Of a stretch of 64,000 nucleotides of DNA, positions 11,057 to 19,784 are shown in pieces. Each line of letters starts with the position of its first letter. Positions within the stretch are counted from its first letter, which is position 1. Below the pieces are notes generated by a model. The model saw only the letters and a list, made by a program, of their open reading frames with translations. It did no database searches and was not told the DNA's origin. Both the position numbers and the translations under genes were made by a program. The stretch lies in contig CAVQVV010000003.1 of NCBI GenBank assembly GCA_963717245.1, positions 25,677 through 89,676 of the forward strand, read 5' to 3'. The stretch comes from an uncultured Actinomycetota bacterium. Lineage in GTDB: Bacteria; Actinomycetota; Actinomycetes; Mycobacteriales; Pseudonocardiaceae.

Positions 11057-12382
11057 ATGACACTCCGCGCATCAGAGGAACTGCCGAACGTGGTGGGCCG
11101 CCGGATGGTATACGGCGCGTCCGACCGACCGGTTGATGCGCGCATACTGGACCCCGTGCCGATTCCTGCCGCGAGCACGTCGCCCGAAGCCAGCAGCATC
11201 GGACGCAATCTGGCCACCGTGCGCAAGGCGCGCGGCCTGAGCCAGCAGCAACTTGCCGAGCGGCTGCACGTCTCCCGGAGCCTGGTGGAGAAGGTCGAAC
11301 ACGGCTCCCGCACCGCCACCCCCGCCCTGATCGAAGCCGCCGCCCGCGTCCTGGGCTGCGGTATCACCGATCTGAGCGGCCAGCCCTACCGCGGCGAGAA
11401 CCACACCGATGAACAAGCTCACGCCACCGTCGGCCAGATCCGCCGAGCCATCAGCTACCACGACCTACCGCCGGACCTGGACACCGAGCCCCGGCCGCTG
11501 TTCCAGCTCCGCGAGGAGGTGCGCCACGCCAACCGGCTGCGCCACCACGCCCGGCTCACCGCCCTCGGTGCGATGATTCCAGGCCTGATCACCGAGCTGA
11601 CCGCCGCCGCCCACACGACCACCGGTGATCAGCAGGCCGAAGCGTTCGCCCTGCTGGTCGAGGCGTACGCCGCCGCGAACCAAGTAGCCTACAAGCTGGG
11701 CTACGAAGACCTGTCCAACCAGCTCGTCGACCGCATCCGCTGGGCCGCAGGCCACACCGGAGACCCGCTCGTCGGCAACCTCGCCGACTGGATGTACGCG
11801 GGCTGCCTACGAGCGCTGGGCTTCTACCGCCCCGCCCTCGGTGTCCTGCATAACGCGTGGCGCACCCTGGACCTACCTACCGGCCGCATGACGCCGCGCC
11901 AACTCAGTATGTACGGCAGCTTGCACTTGCAAGCCGCGATGGTCGAGGCCCGCGCCGGACACCCCGACAACACCCGTACCCACCTCACCGAAGCCGCTGA
12001 CGTCGCTGGCCTGCTGCGAGTGGACACCGACCACTTCCAACTCGCCTTCGGCCCCTCCAACACCGCCATCTACCGCGTCGCCACCGCCGTCGAACTCGGC
12101 GACGGCACCCGCGCGGTCACCGAAGCCGCCACCATCCGCCTGCCCAGCAGTGTCCCCGCCGAGCGCTCCGCCCACCACTACCTTGACCTGTCCCGCGCCT
12201 GGCTCTGGCACGGCAACCGAGAACAAGCACTCCGCTCCCTGCTGAAGGCAGAACGCCTTGCGCCGCAACAGACTCGCATCCATCCCATGGCCCGGGAAAC
12301 GGTGCGCGTGCTGCTGCGACAGGACCGCCGACGTAGCGACAGCCTCTCCGGCCTGGCCAAGCGCGTCCACGTAACACTCTGA
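11057..12382 (+). CDS. XRE-family HTH regulator with a helical-repeat C-terminal domain
   Basis: HTH RKARGLSQQQLAERLHVSRSLVEKVEHGSR followed by a long alpha-helical region typical of actinobacterial XRE/TPR regulators. Confidence 0.8.
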   Translation: MTLRASEELPNVVGRRMVYGASDRPVDARILDPVPIPAASTSPEASSIGRNLATVRKARGLSQQQLAERLHVSRSLVEKVEHGSRTATPALIEAAARVLGCGITDLSGQPYRGENHTDEQAHATVGQIRRAISYHDLPPDLDTEPRPLFQLREEVRHANRLRHHARLTALGAMIPGLITELTAAAHTTTGDQQAEAFALLVEAYAAANQVAYKLGYEDLSNQLVDRIRWAAGHTGDPLVGNLADWMYAGCLRALGFYRPALGVLHNAWRTLDLPTGRMTPRQLSMYGSLHLQAAMVEARAGHPDNTRTHLTEAADVAGLLRVDTDHFQLAFGPSNTAIYRVATAVELGDGTRAVTEAATIRLPSSVPAERSAHHYLDLSRAWLWHGNREQALRSLLKAERLAPQQTRIHPMARETVRVLLRQDRRRSDSLSGLAKRVHVTL

Positions 12383-12597
12383 CCGCTCACGGTCAACACT
12401 CGGTGCGGCGTTCGATCCGCACAAGCTGTGCAAGATCGGCTACCCGGCGCTGTATGACGCTTCTGCGTATCCCGATCGGCCGCTTTTTCCAGGCGTGCGA
12501 TACGCAGTAAGGAGCCAATAGTCGTGTTATTCCGGAGCGCCCGCCATTGTGTCGCCACCGTCGACTGCCTGATTCGCTTAAGCGTTGCGTAACGGCC

Positions 12598-12921
12598 GTG
12601 AACACCGGCGAACAGGACTCGCGACGCCTGCACATCGTCAAAGGCGCGGTCCTTCCGGACACCGCCGCGATTCTCGCCGCTCTGGACGCCGACGAGGACT
12701 ACGACTACCACCCCGACGGCGACCCGCCCATCACCACCGGCCAATATCGCCGCATCACCCGCGCCATCGCGAGCCTGGCCACTGCCACGCCCGACCAGCC
12801 GCTCAGCGACACTCCCGCCGACGCCCACACACAAGGGCAGATCCAGATCCTCGACGAGATCCGGCGAATCTTCGCCGAAGCCGTCTCACTACCTACCTGT
12901 GAACAGGAGACACCGAGTTGA
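12598..12921 (+). CDS. Hypothetical acidic protein
   Basis: GTG at 12598 inside ORF 12547..12921. No motif, and the start is uncertain. Confidence 0.3.
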   Translation: MNTGEQDSRRLHIVKGAVLPDTAAILAALDADEDYDYHPDGDPPITTGQYRRITRAIASLATATPDQPLSDTPADAHTQGQIQILDEIRRIFAEAVSLPTCEQETPS

Positions 12922-13334
12922 CCGGAAAGACCCGTTGAGCGGGAAAGACCCTGGGTCCTCTGTCCCCTCGACTGGCAGACCCACGCCATCGACGCCTGGG
13001 CTGATCGTCCCCCGGGTGTGGGGATCGCCGCTGTGGTCATCGGTTGTCCGAGGGCGCCCCGCTGTACGACGTTTCCAAGGGGCAACAGTTTCCGAGCTAC
13101 ACGCGGTGGGAGCATGACGACGAAAGCAGAGGCCGGGCAGTGATCGAGGTGAGTGACCGGGTGCCCGGTGAACGTGCCAGCTTAGTGGTGCAGGGCCGAC
13201 GCACTGATGACAATCGCGTGGTGGTCCACAAGTGCAGCGGCACCTGGACAATTCATGGGCTGGGCAATCCGGGCGTGCGGCTGACAACACCTGACATAGC
13301 TATCTCTAGCCAGGACGATCTTGGTGCGGGTCCG

Positions 13335-13748
13335 ATGAGCAGAACCACTGATGCTTCCAAAGCTGGCCAGACCGGCGACGCTGGACGCCCCGAACCCGTC
13401 GCCGGTCTGGCTTCTCACAGCGGTACGCAGGAATCAGCCATAAAGCCCCTGATCTACGGCTACGTGCGGGTCACCGAAGACCTTGCAGACGACGAGCTTC
13501 ACCAGTTGGAGTGCGGCCTGGAGAAGCTAGCCGAAGCCGAGCGCTACTGCCTCACCGAAACCTGTTACGAGTACCAACCGGGGTACTACGACACGTTCTA
13601 CCGACTGATAGCTGAGCTGAAGCGAACACAGGTTCGCCACGTGGTCGTGCCGTCACTTGATCACCTTTCGACTCACCCGCTTCTACGAGACCAGATGATC
13701 ATGCGCCTGGATGACGCCAACGTATGGGCCTGGGTGGTCGAGCCGTGA
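13335..13748 (+). CDS. Resolvase-N-terminal-like domain protein with Thr in place of the nucleophilic Ser
   Basis: IYGYVRVTEDLADDEL...VVVPSLDHLS resembles the serine-recombinase catalytic-domain pattern (xGYxRVS). No DNA-binding domain is present. The ORF is open upstream to 13044, so the start is uncertain. Confidence 0.5.
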   Translation: MSRTTDASKAGQTGDAGRPEPVAGLASHSGTQESAIKPLIYGYVRVTEDLADDELHQLECGLEKLAEAERYCLTETCYEYQPGYYDTFYRLIAELKRTQVRHVVVPSLDHLSTHPLLRDQMIMRLDDANVWAWVVEP

Positions 13749-13945
13749 ACGAAGCAGACCGCGACCTCCTGATGCTTCTCGGCAGCGTCGGTATCCGGGT
13801 GGGCGAAATCGTCACCGGCCTGTTCGAAGACAGCTTGAGCTGTGATGAGCAGCTTGTCTTTAGCAATCAACTCACAGAGCTTGCCGAAGGCTTTCGGCAG
13901 CGGGTGTTGCGAACTCCCCTGATTTTTGATGCAGAGGCAACATGA
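13745..13945 (+). CDS. Hypothetical small protein
   Basis: The GTG start overlaps the upstream stop (GTGA), and its stop overlaps the next ATG (ATGA at 13942). Confidence 0.3.
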   Translation: MNEADRDLLMLLGSVGIRVGEIVTGLFEDSLSCDEQLVFSNQLTELAEGFRQRVLRTPLIFDAEAT

Positions 13946-14095
13946 GCCGCACCGGTGGATTTACCCCCAGCACCGCACCGACCGGCTGGGTATTCCTTGA
14001 TCGGCACCGAGCGGACGGGTTCATCCTCCTCCGTATCAGCAATCAACGTCTCCTGGGACGAACACAGCGTCCTGAATGGATCTAACGAGGATCAG

Positions 14096-14449
14096 ATGAC
14101 AGGCAGACACCGGCGTCGAGCTGCGCCCACCCAGTTACCGTCGCAGCGCGGGCCGCGCCCGTTGGGGATCATCGACGCGCGGACCCGTGTGGAGCATCTG
14201 ATGACGGATGAGTCTGCTGTCGAAGATCGCCACTCGGGCCGTTACCTGGCGCTATGCGGACAGCGGGTCCTGGCCGCGAGCTTGACCACGCGGGAGCGCA
14301 GCCGATGCCGTCCCTGCCAGCAGGCTGAGCGGTGCCTGCCCGGAACCGGCCAGGCAAGGGTGCCGAGCATGAAGCAAATCATCGCTGCGCTGGAGGGGTT
14401 GCGTGAGCTGCTGCCCGGGCCTGCCGGGAATGACCATGACCGTGGGTAG
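14096..14449 (+). CDS. Hypothetical small protein with a C-x-x-C pair
   Basis: ATG preceded by GAGGA. Contains RYLALCGQRV...CRPCQQ. It is the last gene of a tightly packed small-ORF operon. Confidence 0.35.
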   Translation: MTGRHRRRAAPTQLPSQRGPRPLGIIDARTRVEHLMTDESAVEDRHSGRYLALCGQRVLAASLTTRERSRCRPCQQAERCLPGTGQARVPSMKQIIAALEGLRELLPGPAGNDHDRG

Positions 14450-14452
14450 CCT

Positions 14453-14525
14453 GGGTAGCCCCAGAGTAGGTGCCTCGATGGCCGACCGGGGGACACCCAT
14501 CGGGGCACCTACTCTGGGGCTACCC
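14453..14525. terminator. Long perfect hairpin (22-bp stem, extendable) directly after the operon stop codon
   Basis: gggtagccccagagtaggtgcc (14453-14474) pairs perfectly with ggcacctactctggggctaccc (14504-14525). An inner cgatgg/ccatcg pairing also exists. No U tract. Confidence 0.4.
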
Positions 14526-14742
14526 GGCCGTTCAGGCGGGCGCGGGTAAGGGTTTGGCGGCTGCTGTCGGCGTATGTGGCGAGCAGGTACAGCACGGTGA
14601 TGTGCAGGCGGATCTCTACCGTGGGTAGGTCCAGCAACAGCCGGTAGAGCACGAGTTATGCAGATGTGGGTGCCGCGGCGGCATAACCCCGGCAAGCGAC
14701 TCGGAAGCGGCACCAAAGACGGGCACCCAAGGAAAAACTCGG

Positions 14743-16450
14743 GTAAACATTCACGTGGTCGGCCAGATGATCGACTCCTGGGCGGGACGGAAGCTGTAAG
14801 CGAGGCCTGTCACGGTCGGCGTGAGGTGGTCCTCGGTCGGCGTGTCGTGTTGATCTAGGTCGGGGCTGTGGTGATCATGCCTGAGTGACCGAGTCGCCGC
14901 CGCTTGCGCCGGAGTGCGAGTCGTGCGCGTCTCGGGACGTGGTGATCGCTGCGCAGGCGAAGGCGATCGAGGTGCTGACCGCGGCGAACGCGCGGCTGGT
15001 CGAGCGGGTCACGGCGTTGGAACGGATCGTGGGCCGCAACAGCGGGAACTCCTCGATGCCACCATCGTCTGATGATCTTCCGGGGAGGAGCAAGCCGCAA
15101 CCGAAGCCAGTGAAGGGGTCGGGCGCAAGCGGGGCAAGCAGCCGGGTGCTGCGGGCAGTTCGCTGCCGTGGGTGGCGGTCCCTGATGAGCACGTGGCGCA
15201 CCGCCCGCACGGCGCCTGCGGGTGTGGGGCGGATCTGGCCGAGGCGACCGAGGTGGGCGTCGAACGCTCCCACCAGACCCATGATCTCCCCGAGATCCAC
15301 GTCACGGTGCGCCAGCACGACGTGTACCGGGTCCGCTGTTCGTGCGGACGCGAGCATGTCGCCACGCTGCCCGCCGGGGTGTCGTCGGCCCCCAGCAGTT
15401 ATGGGATGAATCTGCGCTCGCTGGTGGTGTACCTGCTGGTCTACCAACACGTCCCGGTGGGGCGCTGTGTGGAGCTGATCGGCGATCTCATCGGCGGGGC
15501 CGGCCCGTCGAGCGGCTTCGTGCACGGCATGCTCGCCCGGTGCGCGGCCGCGGTGCGCCCGATCGTCACGCTGATCAAAACGTTGATCACCTCGGCGTCG
15601 GTGGTCGGGTTCGACGAGACGACCCTGCGCGTCGGTCCGGCCGGGCGCAAGCGCTACATCCTGTCGGCCTCCACCGAGGACTACACCGCGTTTCACCTGG
15701 GTGGGCGGGACCTGGCCTCGTTCCGGGAATTCGGGATACTGCCCGGCTTCGCCGGGGTGGCCGTTCATGACCGCTACCAGAACTACTACAACCCGGCCTG
15801 GAAGCAGCTGGCCGGGCATCAGGCGTGCACCGCTCATCTACTCCGAGACTTCACCGACGCCGCGGAGTCTCACCCCCGCGCGGCGTGGCCCGAGCAAGCC
15901 CAGCGCGCGCTGCGCGGGGGTGATCCACGCCTGGCACGACGCCCGCGACACCGACCTGCCGGCGATCCCAGCGCCCACCGCTGACCCGCTGATCAGCGAG
16001 TTCCGCCACGCCACCCGGGTCGGCCTCGCCGAAGTCCGGCCGATCCCCGGCCCGCGCAGCTCCACCGCCCAGCGGCCCGGACGGACCCTGCTGGAGTTCT
16101 GCCGCGACCACGAAAGCGACGTCCTTGCCTTCTGCACCGACACCCGGATCTGGCCCACCAACAACCTCAGTGAACGCGACCTACGGCCCGCCAAGACCCA
16201 ACAGAAGATCTCCGGTCGGCTCACCAGCGAAGACATCACCCAAGACCGCCTGGACATCCGCAGCTACATCGACACCATCCGCAAACACAAAGCCGACGTC
16301 ATCACCAGCATCCGCGCCGCGCTGACCGGCGACCCCTGGCAACCACCGATCCCCGCGCCAACCTGACCACCACACCCAGCCAACTCACCCCGCCGAGCTC
16401 CCAACACGGCGGGACCCAGCATGCCCGCGACCAGGGACGTGAATGTTTAC
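14743..16450 (+). mobile_element. IS66-family insertion sequence (single-ORF ISBst12-like type)
   Basis: Terminal inverted repeats GTAAACATTCACGT (14743-14756) and ACGTGAATGTTTAC (16437-16450). They are flanked by an 8-bp direct duplication AAACTCGG (14735-14742 and 16451-16458). Confidence 0.85.
14885..16366 (+). pseudogene. IS66-family transposase, split over three frames
   Basis: N-terminal coiled coil plus the NSGNSSMPPSSDD motif. The sequence continues in ORFs 15172..15984 and 15701..16366, so there are at least two frameshifts. Confidence 0.8.
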
Positions 16451-17244
16451 AAACTCGGCGCTCACTTAAAGTCATGGCGGATCTTCCAAACAGACTACTG
16501 TGCGCCCTTACCACGCTGGCGCGAATGCGTCGCCGGCGGCTTACTTCACTTCACGCCGGGATCTGCGAGAGCGTGCGACGTGAAGTCGCACGCGTTGAGT
16601 GAGTCGCATCGATTGGAGGCTTGATCGAATGTCGAGGATGTGATTTCGGGCCAGTGTCCACGCACAATGAACGCCGAAACAAACACGGGCACGTTCGAAT
16701 TGTATTCCAAACTCTGGTCAGTCAGAGCGCTTGGCGCTCGCCACATTCGTTGCCAGACTCGCTTCGATCGATCGTTCGAACCAGCTCAAGTCTTCCAAGG
16801 CCACAATTCCCAGATCATGTATCGTAGTGTAACGAGTATCTTGCGCCCGTGCAGTATTGGGGGTTCGCCGAATAATCGAAGCGCAACAACTAGCTAGGTT
16901 CTACCTTTAGAACGACTCCTGACATGCCCAGTATGTATTTTTGGTTCGGCAGAAAGACGGGACATGACCACGTCACCGTTAAGTAGGTGGACCTTTGCGC
17001 GGAAACGGTTGCGGTAAAAGACGCGTGCGCGGTGTCGCGGGCATGGAGATCAGGGTCGATCCAACCCAATACGGTTTGTCCGACGACGACGAAGGGCGGC
17101 GGTAGCAGCGGTGGCACGGCGTTTACGCGTGGATCTTCAACGAGTTTTAAGCCCCCTGGGATGCGGGGCGTGCGGGGTGTCGACGTTCAGGTAATTCCCT
17201 ACCTGGTCGTTCACGTAATTCCCTGGTGGCTCGCGGTTGTTGTT

Positions 17245-17607
17245 CTACCTGGTTTGGGTCGGGCTGGCCAGGGGTGGCGGGTTGATGACGTCGCGGATCT
17301 GGCGTGCGAGGTGGTCGGCTGACGGGCGTCCGAGCCCGACGGCGAGGGTGACCTGGTGTGGTCCGCGGCGTAGCCGGATCAGCCAGACGTGTCCGGCGGG
17401 ACGGCCGCGGCTGCTGGTCGAAGCCGTGACGATTTCGACGTGGAGGGGCTGGCGGGCGTCGTGGCGGTGCGCCGGCGGTGCGGCAGGCGGGGGGTGCAGT
17501 AAATCCGGGGCCGGCCGCGGGGGTTGCGGGGCACGGGTTGAGGCAGTCGGGGCGGGCGCAGCGGTTTCGTGTCGTGACGAAAAGTCGGTGTCGGTGTCGT
17601 CGGTCAT
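17245..17607 (-). CDS. Hypothetical Pro-rich protein
   Basis: 120-aa ORF with very high third-position GC, embedded between low-GC stretches. No motif. Confidence 0.35.
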   Translation of the reverse strand: MTDDTDTDFSSRHETAAPAPTASTRAPQPPRPAPDLLHPPPAAPPAHRHDARQPLHVEIVTASTSSRGRPAGHVWLIRLRRGPHQVTLAVGLGRPSADHLARQIRDVINPPPLASPTQTR

Positions 17608-17796
17608 GGTCGGCTCCCCGCGTTTGTAAAGCTTACAGACCGTTACCGTTGCGTCAAAATAGAGATCGTTAAATTATTACTTGCAGTTATCTTCCTACTG
17701 TGGCACCATATCAACATGGGACATCGGCGGGGCATACGGCATACGATTTTGAACTCCGCCAAGTAAACAATCGCCGAAACCCGGGAGGGAATACCA

Positions 17797-18240
17797 ATGG
17801 CAGAGGATGTCAAAAAAGGCAAAGATGGAAGCCTGGGAAAAAGTGAGAACGATACCAATGCTCTTACTTCTACAAGGACTGGCAGTGCTACGGTGGTGAA
17901 CTCTTGGGGGTTGACCATCTCGGAGCTTACGCTGCGACATCGCAGGGGAAACGATGACAACAAGCAAGAACAAAAAACATATTACGCTATCGCTCCCGAT
18001 AGCCGTACCGAGCCAATGAGTTTTACTTACCAAACAGGCGCCGGCAGCCCCTTCGACTACTGGTGGGTGATATTCGTGACTATTGCCGGTGAGACTTGGA
18101 CGTGCAAAGATGACTTTTATTGCTACGTCGCGGCGGAGGATGACGGCAACGTCACCCTCCAGTTGCGGGGTGACAAAAAGGACATGTACGTTACGTTCAG
18201 TCGGTCTAGTTCATGTACCGTAGGGCTTCACAAGCAGTGA
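17797..18240 (+). CDS. Orphan low-GC protein (disordered N-terminus, beta-rich Cys/Trp-containing C-terminal part)
   Basis: ATG preceded by GGGAGGG. Local GC is far below the window average. No recognisable family. Confidence 0.6.
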   Translation: MAEDVKKGKDGSLGKSENDTNALTSTRTGSATVVNSWGLTISELTLRHRRGNDDNKQEQKTYYAIAPDSRTEPMSFTYQTGAGSPFDYWWVIFVTIAGETWTCKDDFYCYVAAEDDGNVTLQLRGDKKDMYVTFSRSSSCTVGLHKQ

Positions 18241-18337
18241 CCCCGAGAGTTCTAGACGATAGGGGCGGGTCAGTTTTTGAATGCCTAACCGAGAAGAGTA
18301 GTAGTAAGGTCATCCGTTCTTAGGAGGCAGCGTTACC

Positions 18338-19246
18338 ATGGGTGAAACCATGTCCACCGATGAAGCCGCCATAGAGTATCCAATGAAGCCGACAGACGCA
18401 CAGTGGGACCAACTCGTGGAGTCGTTTCCTGCACTGAACCGAAACGATGTCTGGGTAACAGCACCGGAAGATCCAAATTACAACTGTCTAGCTTGGACAC
18501 TCGGCAACACCAAAAATTGGGTTTGGCCTTGGCGATATAGCCCCGTCTCGGAATCTGACTTCAATATTTTTTACGATTCTCAGGGTTTTAGGCCCTGGCG
18601 TTCTCCACTTGTCCCCAAGATTGGCGGGTGGGGCAAAACGGTGAAGCAAATGACGCACGGGAGTGTGAAATATGACGGCGGAAAGCTTGCCCGGCCCGAC
18701 CTCTGGGAATCGAAGCTCGGCGGGTATCTGCGAATTACGCATGCCGAAAGAGGGTTGGAGGGGGCGCTATACGGAAGCCTGTTAATAAATTACTCACCAA
18801 AGGTGTCAGACCTACCTCGGGGAAGGAAGGAAATGGAGGAATTTAATCTTCGGACATCTGAACTAAATGCAAACGAAAAAGAGCAGATTCAGAAAGAGGC
18901 TACGAGAATTCCATCGGATCTTAGGCGGGATTTCGAAACGATATATTCAGACTGGGAGCATTCTTGGACGAAGGGGCCGATTGCGTTTAGTTCCGACCCG
19001 AAGGCCCGTAGAGCGACACCTGAATTTTCGACGCTACTTAGCATGGGGCACGCAGTTATCCCGCTAGTCGTTGATAAGCTCGCACAGCCAGGAAATTTTT
19101 TTGCTTTGCAACTCTATGATGAACTTCAAATGAAATATGGTGATTCTCGAATGGTCGTTAGTTATGAGCTCGATGACCCTTCGGTCCTTGAAGGGGAACA
19201 AGGACGATGCGCGAGAACGGTAAGACGATGGCTAGATTCTCGATAG
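18338..19246 (+). CDS. Orphan low-GC protein with a possible Cys-His hydrolase signature in the N-terminal half
   Basis: ATG preceded by AGGAGG. Contains PNYNCLAWTLG, then MTHGS and RITHAERG. The assignment to a papain-like fold is only a guess. Confidence 0.6.
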   Translation: MGETMSTDEAAIEYPMKPTDAQWDQLVESFPALNRNDVWVTAPEDPNYNCLAWTLGNTKNWVWPWRYSPVSESDFNIFYDSQGFRPWRSPLVPKIGGWGKTVKQMTHGSVKYDGGKLARPDLWESKLGGYLRITHAERGLEGALYGSLLINYSPKVSDLPRGRKEMEEFNLRTSELNANEKEQIQKEATRIPSDLRRDFETIYSDWEHSWTKGPIAFSSDPKARRATPEFSTLLSMGHAVIPLVVDKLAQPGNFFALQLYDELQMKYGDSRMVVSYELDDPSVLEGEQGRCARTVRRWLDSR

Positions 19247-19784
19247 AGGTGAGCCCCGAACGGTTGGCGGATATCTCTGGCGCCGGCATGTCGGCAGTTT
19301 CCTGTGCAATGTAGGTATCGACAATGCGGGCCTGCGAGTTTTTCCATGTGGATTGCGTGATCATACTCACGCGGATTTAGGTGTTTTTCGTCATAGACCG
19401 AAGTTGCGTGACCTTGAGCGTTAAATCGTACATGATGACCTGGGGAAGATCGCCGTCAGCGAAGCCGCGGCGGGTACCCGAGATCTGATCAGAATGTGTA
19501 GCAGCGCACCGTCGCGAACCGCAGCGGCGACCACGCGGATCTGCTCACCGCTCACTTCTGTCCCGTAAGATCGAAGTCGGCGAACAACGCGTGCGTATAG
19601 GCATTTGGTCCAAGTCCCCCTCGGACTTGAACCTCCACAGATAGGCCGTTGACCCACGCAGATCCCCCACCCTACCCCACACGCTCACATCGTCTCGTCG
19701 GCTTCGATCTATCCGCTTCTGCCGCTGAGCGCGCGCTGAACGCCGGGCGGTAGTGGCTACGGATGCGTCGCGGCCGGTGTTGCC

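Noticed and set aside
16460-17240. A possible HEPN-like Rx4H motif (TRYTTIH) in a minus-strand reading of the low-GC stretch interrupted by the IS66 element.
   Set aside because: It is a single short motif in a region with multiple stops in all frames. No continuous ORF or second motif is present, so the evidence is too weak to call.
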